Virus record (IMG/VR): IMGVR_UViG_3300028412_000003
Length of the DNA stretch: 64,000 nt
From: a virus
Lineage: Duplodnaviria; Caudoviricetes
Strand: one strand, 5' to 3'
The notes below the pieces were generated by a model that had not been told where the DNA came from, ran no database searches, and saw only the letters and a program-made list of their open reading frames with translations. Shown one piece after another: positions 11,330 to 21,136 of the stretch. The position numbers and the translations under genes are program-made. Each line of letters starts with the position of its first letter. Position 1 is the first letter of the stretch.

Positions 11330-12718
11330 ATGACATTACCATCTAATACATTTTGTATCCTTCCGTGGATACACCTTTCTTCTCGACCAGACGGAAAGAT
11401 GCGAACTTGTTGTACCAGTAACGCATCATCGGTTCAAGATCCAGATTCAAATAAAAAAATAGGAGGGGGAGAAGTAGGCGTAGTTAAAACCGATGCAGGA
11501 ATACCAGCTAATTTTAATCATACTACTCTAGAAGAAGCATGGAATTCAGAATACATGAGAAACGTTCGAAAAACAATGTTGCGTGGAGAAAAACCTGCAC
11601 CATGTTTAAAGTGTTATAAAGAAGAAGAATCTGGACATCTTTCAAAGCGTAATTGGGAAACAGCATATTGGGAAAAGAGATACAGTGTAGATGAGTTAGT
11701 TAATTCTACAAATGAAGATGGATCTTTGCCAACAAAAATACGTTATATCGATTTGAGATTAGGATCTAAATGTCAATTGGCTTGTGTGATGTGTTCACCA
11801 CATGATAGCTCAGGTTGGATTAAGGAATGGCAAACTATACATCCGCAAATACAAAATGAACGATTAAAGAATACAAGTAAGTGGGAAAACAAAGGTCGTA
11901 ATAACGGAGCAAGTTACAACTGGCATAAAAATAACCCAAGGTTCTGGAATGAACTTATGGATCAAATACCACATATGTACCAATTGTATTTTGCCGGAGG
12001 CGAAAGCCTCATTATAGACGAACATTATGAGTTACTTGAAGAATGTATAAAACGTGGATATGCTAAAGATATTGAACTACGCTATAATTCAAATGCAGTA
12101 GAATGGAGAGATGACCTTTTTGATCTATGGGCAGAATTTAAACGAGTAAGATTTCATTATTCTATTGATGCATATGGAAAACAAAATGATTATATTAGAT
12201 TCCCTTCAAAATGGGAACATCAAGAAAAGATATTTTGGCAACTTGACCAAACTACTGACAATGTAGAGATAACAACTGCAACAACGGTGATGGCATTAAA
12301 CGTTGGATATTTGCCCGAATTAGTTAAATGGAAAGTTGAACAAGGATTTAAAAAAATTAATAAGTGGCCATTTGGTGCGGGATTGATTAATATGCACTTC
12401 GCATACTGGCCACCTCAACTTAATGTAAAAACATTACCAAAAGATTATAAGAATTGGGTACAAAAAAAATATGAGAATGAATTCTATCCTTGGCTTGAAG
12501 ATAACTGGCAAAAATCTACAGGTGTTGAGGATGTTTCATACGATCAATGGAAAGATGCTCCGTATGGAATAAAAAGATATAAAGGAATTATTAATTTTAT
12601 GCAAAGTGAAGATTGGAGCGAACGTGTTCCTGAATTACAAGAATGGTTAAAATTAATAGACCAAAGTAGAGGATTAGACAGTGGGGAGATCTTTCCAGAT
12701 CTACGAAAGTATATATGA
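11330..12718 (+). CDS. Radical SAM protein with N-terminal SPASM/twitch-like domain
   Basis: CQLACVMC, FAGGES; FCILPW..CC..CLKC. Confidence 0.9.
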   Translation: MTLPSNTFCILPWIHLSSRPDGKMRTCCTSNASSVQDPDSNKKIGGGEVGVVKTDAGIPANFNHTTLEEAWNSEYMRNVRKTMLRGEKPAPCLKCYKEEESGHLSKRNWETAYWEKRYSVDELVNSTNEDGSLPTKIRYIDLRLGSKCQLACVMCSPHDSSGWIKEWQTIHPQIQNERLKNTSKWENKGRNNGASYNWHKNNPRFWNELMDQIPHMYQLYFAGGESLIIDEHYELLEECIKRGYAKDIELRYNSNAVEWRDDLFDLWAEFKRVRFHYSIDAYGKQNDYIRFPSKWEHQEKIFWQLDQTTDNVEITTATTVMALNVGYLPELVKWKVEQGFKKINKWPFGAGLINMHFAYWPPQLNVKTLPKDYKNWVQKKYENEFYPWLEDNWQKSTGVEDVSYDQWKDAPYGIKRYKGIINFMQSEDWSERVPELQEWLKLIDQSRGLDSGEIFPDLRKYI

Positions 12719-13686
12719 CAGAATTAGTTCGAATTGAGCATATTGATAAGAAATATAAAGAATGGGTTCGTGTAGAATGGAATCTTGGTAAAAGATGTAA
12801 CTTTGATTGTAGTTATTGCCCACCTGATCTACATGACAATTCAAGCGGTCACGCAGATCTAAAAAGCTTTGACAATACTATTCAAAAAATAAGAGAATCA
12901 TATATTGATAAAAAAGTAAGAATGAGTATAACAGGTGGAGAACCATTTGTGCATCCTCGCATTCTTGAAATACTTTCTTTGTTTTCAAAATATAATATAG
13001 ATGAAGTTTCTACTATTACTAATGGTAGTTTACCATTAGTAAAATATGAAGCCTCTTTTGAACATCTTGATCATTTAATTTTTAGTTGGCATTATGAACA
13101 TTTAAAAGAAGAACATATGAGGAATGTTTTATATGGATTAAAGGATCGACCAATACATGTACATCTTATGTTTTTACCTGGACGTTTAGAAGAGATTAAA
13201 AATACGGTTAGTTGGTTAGAAGATAACGGAATTAGATATAACATAAGAAGGATCAGACCTTTATTTACACCAGTTGGTGGATTTAATCTTCCTGGCTCAA
13301 GTGGAATGGAAGGAATACATTCAAAACAATCACCTGATGGTTATTATTCTCAAGAAGAGTTAGAATATTTAGATACCTTTTCAAAAGCAGGTACAAGTCA
13401 AGATAATGCTGAATTTTTTACAACAGAATCTAGTTGGTTTGATAATGTAAACACGTTATTAAAGAATAGGCAAAATTCTTTTGTAGGATGGAAATGCATG
13501 GCAGGAATTGAAACATTGTATATAGAGAATGATGGAAATATTTTTAGGGCAACTTGCAAACAAGGTGGTCCGATTGGAAACATAAGTGAAGATTTTAAAA
13601 TTCCAAATAATCCAATTATTTGTGCTAAACAATGGTGTAATTGTGCAGCTGATCTAAACACAACAAAATGGAATAAAAATGGCTAG
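12715..13686 (+). CDS. Radical SAM protein with C-terminal Cys-rich domain
   Basis: CNFDCSYC, ITGGEP; WKCMAG..ATC..CAKQWCNC; paralog of 6064-7047. Confidence 0.9.
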   Translation: MTELVRIEHIDKKYKEWVRVEWNLGKRCNFDCSYCPPDLHDNSSGHADLKSFDNTIQKIRESYIDKKVRMSITGGEPFVHPRILEILSLFSKYNIDEVSTITNGSLPLVKYEASFEHLDHLIFSWHYEHLKEEHMRNVLYGLKDRPIHVHLMFLPGRLEEIKNTVSWLEDNGIRYNIRRIRPLFTPVGGFNLPGSSGMEGIHSKQSPDGYYSQEELEYLDTFSKAGTSQDNAEFFTTESSWFDNVNTLLKNRQNSFVGWKCMAGIETLYIENDGNIFRATCKQGGPIGNISEDFKIPNNPIICAKQWCNCAADLNTTKWNKNG

Positions 13687-14761
13687 TTTTTGCAAAGCAA
13701 TCGATCATCATGTGTCAATTAATAGTCAAGGGTTAGTTCGTCCTTGTTGTTGGTTTAAGGGCGGAACAAATAGCGACATAAGTGAAGCAAGATCTAATTT
13801 TAAAAAAGAAATTAAAAGTATTGATCATCCAGGTTGTATCAAATGTAAAAATTCTGAATTAATCGGAGTAAAAAGTCGGCGCATTTTTTATGAAGAAAGT
13901 TGGCCTGCTTCTTCGGGATTGAATTATTTAGATATAAGTTTCGCTAACACTTGCAATCTTGAATGTTTGATGTGTAATTCAAGTAATTCAAGTAAATTGT
14001 ATAAAAGAGATATAGAACTAAAGGGCAATGATTTTCCTGTTTCGGCACACAAACATGCTACGATGGATTTTAATCGCATCAAAGAATTAGCAGAAATATG
14101 TAATAGCTCAATTGGAGAATTTTTAATTGATGTAAAAGGAGGAGAACCAATGGTAACTCCAGAATTTGTATTATTTTTGTCTATGCTTGATATAGAATTT
14201 AAAAAAAGATGCACGTTAAAGATTATTACAAATGGAACTAGGATAATGAAAGAACTTCCTTCAAATTTTAAAAAGGTAAAATATCTTTTTAGCATAGAAG
14301 CATTAGGGCAATTATATCAATATATAAGAGGTGGTAAAGAATTTACATCAGATCAAATGTTTGATATTATAGAAATGATAAAAACTGAAAATATTAAAAA
14401 CTTTCAAGATGCTTCATATAATTTTAGCATAACCGTTATGTCCTACAATCTTTTTAATCTTGTAGAATTAGATAATGAGATTGCAGATAGAGGATTTTGG
14501 CCTCCTACTTATAACACCATATTAGTAAATCCAGATTTTTTAAGTTTTGGGATTTTACCACAACAGTTATCAAATATGATGATAGAAAAATTAAAAGAAG
14601 AAGATGTAAAATTCAAACCAGTTATTACTGCATTAAAGAACATGGAAAAACTTGACAATAATAAAGTTGAGATGTTTATTAGATATACTCGTATGATGGA
14701 AAAAAGAAATAAAATGCCACCAATTGAAGAAATAGTGCCAGAGTTTAGGACTATGTTATGA
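13679..14761 (+). CDS. Radical SAM protein with N-terminal SPASM/twitch-like domain
   Basis: CNLECLMC, VKGGEP; FCKA..PCC..CIKC. Confidence 0.88.
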   Translation: MASFCKAIDHHVSINSQGLVRPCCWFKGGTNSDISEARSNFKKEIKSIDHPGCIKCKNSELIGVKSRRIFYEESWPASSGLNYLDISFANTCNLECLMCNSSNSSKLYKRDIELKGNDFPVSAHKHATMDFNRIKELAEICNSSIGEFLIDVKGGEPMVTPEFVLFLSMLDIEFKKRCTLKIITNGTRIMKELPSNFKKVKYLFSIEALGQLYQYIRGGKEFTSDQMFDIIEMIKTENIKNFQDASYNFSITVMSYNLFNLVELDNEIADRGFWPPTYNTILVNPDFLSFGILPQQLSNMMIEKLKEEDVKFKPVITALKNMEKLDNNKVEMFIRYTRMMEKRNKMPPIEEIVPEFRTML

Positions 14762-15936
14762 GTAATTTTTGTTCCCTGCCATTTACACATTTTAGCACAC
14801 GTCCGAATGGCGACGTTCTTCCTTGTTGTAGATATCCTGGAAAATTAGGAAATATAAAAGATAATTCATTAGAAGAAATATGGAACGGAGAACAGATGAA
14901 AGAACTCCGAAAGCAATTTCTTGCAAATGAAAGACCAGAAAAATGCTGGCCTTGTTGGCAACTTGAGGACTCAGGCGGAACAAGTATGAGACAAACTATG
15001 AATCAAAATCGAAATTATGAGTTTGAACTTTTACCGGAACAACCATTTAAGATTCCAGTCATTGAACTTAAACTTAGTAACCTTTGTAATTTTCGTTGTC
15101 GTACATGTAAACCTGATTTGAGTACTACATGGCTCAAAGATTGGCATACTGTCTCTAATATGTACTATGACAGCAATATCTCTATAAACACTGAAAAAGC
15201 TAATTTTTTCGATACAGAAGAGTTCCTCTACAACATGTTGCGCCTTGCACCTACCATAGAGATACTAGAGTTTGCGGGTGGGGAACCTTTAATGGATCCA
15301 TTGCATTATATGGTTCTTAATGCACTAAAGAGCGAAGCAAGTCATATAGAAATTAAATATTCTACTAACCTAAGCAGATTGCAGATAGGTAAATGGGACG
15401 TGTTTGATTATTGGAAAGATTATAAAAGTGTTGATGTATCTTTGTCAATGGATGGATATCCGGATCTCAATGATTACATACGATCAGAATCAAATACAAA
15501 GTCAATAGAAGAAAACTTAAAATTAGTAAGAAAAGAATTAGGTGATAAATTTAAAGGAAGGATTGCATTATGTTTTTCGGCATTTAATGCTTATTACCTA
15601 CCCGAGAGTTATTCTTATTTTGTTAGAGAATTAGATATGCCAGTTCATGGAAACATAGCATACGATCCACCGTTTATTAATCCTCAATTATTACCAATTG
15701 ACATTAAACAAAAAATTATCACTAGATACAATGTATTTAGAGAAACAATAAATGATATGAGTAAGTATCATCAAAAAAGGATTGATCGATTCTTAACAAC
15801 TAATGGAAATTATATGATGAGTGAAGACAAGTCTCATTTGTTAGATCAATTCTTAAAATATACTTCAATATTAGATAAGTCAAGAAATACTAATTTTTTG
15901 ACAATAGCAAAGGAATTTTTAAATGACATGGGATAA
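14758..15936 (+). CDS. Radical SAM protein with N-terminal SPASM/twitch-like domain
   Basis: CNFRCRTC, FAGGEP; FCSLPF..PCC..CWPC. Confidence 0.9.
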   Translation: MSNFCSLPFTHFSTRPNGDVLPCCRYPGKLGNIKDNSLEEIWNGEQMKELRKQFLANERPEKCWPCWQLEDSGGTSMRQTMNQNRNYEFELLPEQPFKIPVIELKLSNLCNFRCRTCKPDLSTTWLKDWHTVSNMYYDSNISINTEKANFFDTEEFLYNMLRLAPTIEILEFAGGEPLMDPLHYMVLNALKSEASHIEIKYSTNLSRLQIGKWDVFDYWKDYKSVDVSLSMDGYPDLNDYIRSESNTKSIEENLKLVRKELGDKFKGRIALCFSAFNAYYLPESYSYFVRELDMPVHGNIAYDPPFINPQLLPIDIKQKIITRYNVFRETINDMSKYHQKRIDRFLTTNGNYMMSEDKSHLLDQFLKYTSILDKSRNTNFLTIAKEFLNDMG

Positions 15937-17194
15937 ATCAAAAGCAGAACAAACATATTGTCCATTACCTTGGTTGCATTTAGCAACTAATGCAACTGGT
16001 AGATTGCGAGTATGTTGCAATAGCTTTACCGGAAACAACAAATTATTACATGATAATGGATCTTTCGTAAAAGCAACAGACATTAAACAAGTAAGTGACT
16101 TGGATAAAAACAAGACATTAATGGAATTAAGAAGACAAATGTTAAATGGTGAAAGACCAGACACTTGCAGAAGATGTTTCCATGAAGAAGATAATGGAAT
16201 TATTAGTTCTAGAATGGTTTATAATGAACAATTTGGAGAAATTGATGTTGCTCTCAAAGAGACTAAGTCTACCGGTGAAGCTCCGCATAAATTTCAATAT
16301 CTTGATCTAAGGTTAGGCAACTTGTGCAATTTAAGATGCCGGATGTGTAATCCTTATACCAGTAGCCAATTAGTTGACGAATCTGCAGAACTTGGAATAA
16401 TTTCTGCAGAAGATGTAGCATTTCTTAAGAATATGGATTGGCCAGAGTCTACTAAATTATGGGATTTATTAGAAAGTAATCTATCTACAATAGATCTAAT
16501 ATACCTAACAGGTGGAGAACCAACATTAATATTGGAACAACTCCGTCTTCTTAAAGCTTGTATAGATAGAGGTTATGCAAAGAATATCACTTTGAAATAT
16601 AATACCAATGTTACAAATATTCCAAAGAAATTCCTTGATTATTGGAAAGAATTTAAGAAGGTAAAAATTAATTGTTCAGTTGACGGATTAGATGATGTAT
16701 GTCGTTATATAAGAAATCCAAGTAACTGGAAAGCGATTGATAAAAATTTAAAGATGATTGATCAAATTGCAGGTACACATTCTAATATAGATGTTGAAAT
16801 ACACACAACGGTACAAGTTGCAAATATAACAAGGTTGATTGAAATATTTGATTATTTTTCAAAATTTAAGAATATCACTAATTTTCCTTTTTTAAACTTG
16901 CTTACTAATCCACCTTATTACAATATAAAGATTTTACCACAACACATTAAGGATGAAGTGTCTAATGAGTTATTAACTTGGTACGAAGAAAACAAAAGCA
17001 AATATGAAGGAACACATGCATCTTCTCCAAACAAGATACATAAAATACCAGGTCTAATAAGTTATATGAAAATGGATGATTGGTCTCACCATGCTAAAGA
17101 ATTTAAGAAATACACAGTATGGTTTGATAAAAGTAGAGATGAAGAGTTTGTTTCAGTTGCTCCTCGATTAAAGGATTGGTATGAATCAATATAA
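15923..17194 (+). CDS. Radical SAM protein with N-terminal SPASM/twitch-like domain
   Basis: CNLRCRMC, LTGGEP; YCPLPW..VCC..CRRC. Confidence 0.9.
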   Translation: MTWDKSKAEQTYCPLPWLHLATNATGRLRVCCNSFTGNNKLLHDNGSFVKATDIKQVSDLDKNKTLMELRRQMLNGERPDTCRRCFHEEDNGIISSRMVYNEQFGEIDVALKETKSTGEAPHKFQYLDLRLGNLCNLRCRMCNPYTSSQLVDESAELGIISAEDVAFLKNMDWPESTKLWDLLESNLSTIDLIYLTGGEPTLILEQLRLLKACIDRGYAKNITLKYNTNVTNIPKKFLDYWKEFKKVKINCSVDGLDDVCRYIRNPSNWKAIDKNLKMIDQIAGTHSNIDVEIHTTVQVANITRLIEIFDYFSKFKNITNFPFLNLLTNPPYYNIKILPQHIKDEVSNELLTWYEENKSKYEGTHASSPNKIHKIPGLISYMKMDDWSHHAKEFKKYTVWFDKSRDEEFVSVAPRLKDWYESI

Positions 17195-17375
17195 GAAACT
17201 TTGTTCTCAGCCATTTTTAAATTTAACAATAGACAAGACGGGTAAACTAAGTCCTTGTTGTCGAATTCCCTCTTTTTTGAATAGCAACATTAATGAATTT
17301 AGAGAACAAGAAAAAGAAAAGAACATAAAATTTTTAGATTATTGTCCTGAATTTAAGGAATGGTTTGATGTCTAA
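17181..17375 (+). pseudogene. Internally deleted radical SAM paralog remnant (N-terminal SPASM-like start fused to the C-terminal tail)
   Basis: LCSQPF..SPCC matches paralog N-termini, DYCPEFKEWF matches the end of 17368-18504; no CxxxCxxC core. Confidence 0.65.
17337..17366 (+). repeat. 30-bp direct repeat, copy 1 (copy 2 at 18463-18492)
   Basis: GATTATTGTCCTGAATTTAAGGAATGGTTT vs GATTATTGTCCGGAATTTAAGGAATGGTTT, 1 mismatch. Confidence 0.85.
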
Positions 17376-18504
17376 GTATAATTCAAATACCCTTTGTCCT
17401 TTTCCTTTTTCTGGTTTCTGTATAGAACCATCAGGAGTAGCAAAAATGTGTTGCCGGTCAATGCCTTTAACTGATGATAATGGAAAGTTTATCAATATAA
17501 AGGATTATTCTTTTGAAGAAATAAAAAATTTAAAACAAATAAAAGAAGTTCAAGAGTCTATGTTAAAAGGAGAAAAACCCCAAGCATGTCAAAAATGTTG
17601 GAATCAGGAAGCAAAAGGGGTAAAATCTCTCAGGAACTTTATAAGAGGAAGGTCCTGGCATGGAGATTATATATACGATAAAAAAGAATTAATTTATTTA
17701 GATTTAAGACTGAGTAATAAATGTAACCTCAAATGTATTATGTGTTCTCCTGATTCAAGTGATCAAATTGGGATTGAACAAGGAATAGAAAGTGCTTATC
17801 AATCAGCAGAGGTTGCCGAAGAGGTTATTAAACATAGCCCTTATTTAAAAGAAATTTATTTTGCCGGCGGCGAACCTATGCTAGATAACGATCATTTTAA
17901 GATAATAGAACATCTAGTGAAAACTGGAGAAGCAAAGAACGTTGAATTAAAATATAGTACCAATTGTACGACAATAAGAGATAAGTGGTTTGACTTAGCC
18001 AAACACTTTAAGACGATAAAGATGCAACTTAGTATTGATTCAATCGGTTCTAGAGCATTCTATGTTCGGCATCCTAGCAAATGGGATATAATAGAAAAAA
18101 ACATTGATAGGTTGTTGTTAGAAAAACCCAAAAACACTAGACTTTCGATAGATACTGCATTGCATAATATGACGTTATTTGGAATACCAGAATTAATGTT
18201 ATGGGCGGAAAATAAAGGAATAAAACAGAACTTTATAGAAGTAACTTCTCCTAGATATCTACAGATACATATATTACCTAATATTCAAAAAGAAATAATA
18301 ATAGAGCAATTACATAATTCAAATAAAACAAAAAATTTAGTTGATAATAAATGGTTATCTCGTATAGAAGAGATGATAAAGAAAGACCCAACAGTGGAAG
18401 AGGTTCGGCAGTTTAAAGAATATATAAAATATACTGAGAATTTTCGTAATATAAAGATTAATGATTATTGTCCGGAATTTAAGGAATGGTTTAATGAGTT
18501 ATGA
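17368..18504 (+). CDS. Radical SAM protein with N-terminal SPASM/twitch-like domain
   Basis: CNLKCIMC, FAGGEP; LCPFPF..MCC..CQKC. Confidence 0.9.
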   Translation: MSKYNSNTLCPFPFSGFCIEPSGVAKMCCRSMPLTDDNGKFINIKDYSFEEIKNLKQIKEVQESMLKGEKPQACQKCWNQEAKGVKSLRNFIRGRSWHGDYIYDKKELIYLDLRLSNKCNLKCIMCSPDSSDQIGIEQGIESAYQSAEVAEEVIKHSPYLKEIYFAGGEPMLDNDHFKIIEHLVKTGEAKNVELKYSTNCTTIRDKWFDLAKHFKTIKMQLSIDSIGSRAFYVRHPSKWDIIEKNIDRLLLEKPKNTRLSIDTALHNMTLFGIPELMLWAENKGIKQNFIEVTSPRYLQIHILPNIQKEIIIEQLHNSNKTKNLVDNKWLSRIEEMIKKDPTVEEVRQFKEYIKYTENFRNIKINDYCPEFKEWFNEL

Positions 18505-19570
18505 TTTTACAAAGATCCCGTTTGAAGATATAGTACGGCTTGGGCAACGCACTATGATACACCGTGACCTTTTTACAGTGAGTTGGTTACTTGGTCGTTT
18601 TTGTAATTATCGTTGTTCATATTGTTGGCCGTATGCCAGGAGTGATCGAAAAGATCACCGTCCTACAGAACTCTGTTTAACAACAATAGATGAGATTAAA
18701 CGACAAGCTAGAAACAATGGATTTAATTCTTTTCATTTTAGTTTTAGTGGAGGTGAACCAACCTTTCATCCGGGTTATTTAGATATATTAAAATACCTAG
18801 CAGATGATGTTTCTAATACAAACGGAACAACAATTCATATGACATCAAATTGTTCTCGTAATATGAAATGGTTTGAGGAATATACAGAAACAGCAAAGTC
18901 TTTTCAGCGTGCTAGTATCACAGCAAGTTTACACACCGAACATGTTAATACTCCGGAAAAGATGCAAGACTTTGCAGACAAATTGATATTTGCTCAAGAA
19001 CAAGATATACAAGTAACTATCAATATGGTAATGGTACCAGAATGGTTTGAACAATCATGGGAAAACGCATTATTCTTTCACAATCAAAATATCAATGTTA
19101 CACTTAAACCACAAAGCGATCCGACCGCATCTCGTATAGTAGATGGATATACAGATGACATGCTTGATAAACTTCATAACGGAATGCCTCAAGAAAATTT
19201 TACAACAATAAAGAGTAAATTTTACAATCGTCCTAAACAGAAAATCTCTATCCCTCAAGACGTTCCTTCTAATATGCAAGTAGAAATGGAAGATTCTAAT
19301 GGAAAGAAATGGTATATAGATCAAGCAGAAAGATTTAATGCTTTTAATTTTAACAAATTTGAAGGCTGGAGTTGTAATGCAGGATATCAGGGTATCATAA
19401 TAAGAGAACCGGATGGTAGTGTTAAGCGTTCATATTCATGTAAAGATCAACCATTAGGTAATATCAAAACAGGATTTAAAATATTTGATACACCTATGCC
19501 GTGTATTACACCGACTTGTGTTTCAAGTGCAGATAGCAAAATACCAAAGAAGAAGAAGAAGAAGATATGA
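18494..19570 (+). CDS. Radical SAM protein with C-terminal Cys-rich domain
   Basis: CNYRCSYC, FSGGEP; WSCNAG..YSC..CITPTC; start moved to the ATG at 18494 (AAGGA RBS). Confidence 0.9.
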   Translation: MSYDFTKIPFEDIVRLGQRTMIHRDLFTVSWLLGRFCNYRCSYCWPYARSDRKDHRPTELCLTTIDEIKRQARNNGFNSFHFSFSGGEPTFHPGYLDILKYLADDVSNTNGTTIHMTSNCSRNMKWFEEYTETAKSFQRASITASLHTEHVNTPEKMQDFADKLIFAQEQDIQVTINMVMVPEWFEQSWENALFFHNQNINVTLKPQSDPTASRIVDGYTDDMLDKLHNGMPQENFTTIKSKFYNRPKQKISIPQDVPSNMQVEMEDSNGKKWYIDQAERFNAFNFNKFEGWSCNAGYQGIIIREPDGSVKRSYSCKDQPLGNIKTGFKIFDTPMPCITPTCVSSADSKIPKKKKKKI

Positions 19571-20427
19571 TTATAAATGTAAACGAAGTACCTCAAGATA
19601 AAGAAATACTTAGTTTTATAAAGAAACAATTACCAGGAAACGAAGAGGATAGAGTTGGTCCTTTTATTTTTGAAGAGTTAGATGTTTGTGAACTCGGAGT
19701 TAAAACGTCTAATCTTTTAACTTCAGTTGAACAGATTGAAAGATTACATGGGCTTGAAGGATGGCAAAAACAACACGGATATTCAACTCCGCATTATAGA
19801 GGGTTTTCATTAACTTACAACAAGGAGTTTAATGATAAAAGCAGGAGCCAATATCATCAAACTTTTGGATCTAAATTTATAAAAGATTCCTTCTCTCGAG
19901 AAGCGTCTGGAGTAGTTACTATGAAAAATACATATTATGATACATATGCTTTCCGACATTTAAATTCAACAATAAAAGAACATTTTAGCGGGTTATTTTC
20001 TCGCATAAAAGGGGCAATATTACGAAGTCGTGTTGCGTATTTATATTCCGGAGAAATTGACTTAAATACATTTAAAGGAGGATGGCATATAGATGAACCT
20101 CAGTATATGATGTTGAGGTTAGTTATACCCCTTAAGACAAATGAAAATTATTATTTAAGATTTGATGGAGATGATAATCTAGGTAATCAAGCATCGTTTG
20201 ATAAGATACTCGAATACGACAAAGCATACATCTGGAATAACCGTATTCCACATGAGGTTGGGTGTTATAAAAGTGATCCACTTACAGACCCCCGGATTAA
20301 TATGATTGTTGGGTTTTCTCCGTGGTTTGACTACGATGAAGAAAATGATAGATTCGTTTCAAATAGTAATTTTGGAATACCAGTTTCTAGAATAATAAAG
20401 GATAGGTTATTTTTAAATGACAGCTGA
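19567..20427 (+). CDS. 2OG-Fe(II)/cupin oxygenase, Asp/Asn beta-hydroxylase-like
   Basis: WHID (HxD)...RLVIPL...IPHEV distal His. Confidence 0.6.
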   Translation: MIINVNEVPQDKEILSFIKKQLPGNEEDRVGPFIFEELDVCELGVKTSNLLTSVEQIERLHGLEGWQKQHGYSTPHYRGFSLTYNKEFNDKSRSQYHQTFGSKFIKDSFSREASGVVTMKNTYYDTYAFRHLNSTIKEHFSGLFSRIKGAILRSRVAYLYSGEIDLNTFKGGWHIDEPQYMMLRLVIPLKTNENYYLRFDGDDNLGNQASFDKILEYDKAYIWNNRIPHEVGCYKSDPLTDPRINMIVGFSPWFDYDEENDRFVSNSNFGIPVSRIIKDRLFLNDS

Positions 20428-21136
20428 CACAAAAATTAAGTTATTAGCTATACTGAATCACCTACTCTTTATAGGAGGAGTAGTATATTCATTTTCATGG
20501 ACAGGATTATTATATGGATTTATCATTTACTTGTTAATAGTCACGATTGGAACAAGCATTGGCTATCATAGGTATTACACTCACAAATCATTTAATACCA
20601 ATAAGACATGGGAATTAATTTTCCTTTTCTTCGGAAGCATAGCTTTTTTAGGTCCAGTTATAGCTTGGTCTGGAATACATCGTATACATCATGCTAAGTC
20701 TGATACAAATGAAGATCCACACAGTCCTTTGAATGGGTTTTTTAACACCTGGTTCCATATATTTCCTAATAAGAACATATCACCGAAGTACATAGCAGAT
20801 CTTATAAAAGATCCATGGCTAAAGTTCCAACACAAATGGTATTTTTGCATGGTCACGATTTATTTGGTGTTAGGATATCTAGCAATCGGACATTGGGCAG
20901 TTTATATAATCTCAATGCCAGCTGTGTTGATGTATCATGTAACTGGATTTATCAATAGCGTTAACCATATGATAGGAGAACAAAAATCAAAACATGATCG
21001 ATCAACTAATATTCCTATCTTATCTTTAGTTACTGGAGGAGAATCTTATCATTCTAATCATCATGTGCGTCCAGGAAGTTCGGTTTTTGGTAAGTACGAT
21101 ATAGCTAAGATTTTTTTACCGTGGATTATAAAATGA
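20417..21136 (+). CDS. Membrane fatty-acid (delta-9-like) desaturase
   Basis: Three His boxes HRYYTH, HRIHH, HSNHH; DPHSP; hydrophobic TM segments. Confidence 0.85.
   Translation: MTADTKIKLLAILNHLLFIGGVVYSFSWTGLLYGFIIYLLIVTIGTSIGYHRYYTHKSFNTNKTWELIFLFFGSIAFLGPVIAWSGIHRIHHAKSDTNEDPHSPLNGFFNTWFHIFPNKNISPKYIADLIKDPWLKFQHKWYFCMVTIYLVLGYLAIGHWAVYIISMPAVLMYHVTGFINSVNHMIGEQKSKHDRSTNIPILSLVTGGESYHSNHHVRPGSSVFGKYDIAKIFLPWIIK

Noticed and set aside
17181-17375. RiPP precursor peptide for the radical SAM array
   Set aside because: Both ends are recognisably derived from radical SAM paralogs, so a deletion remnant is the simpler explanation
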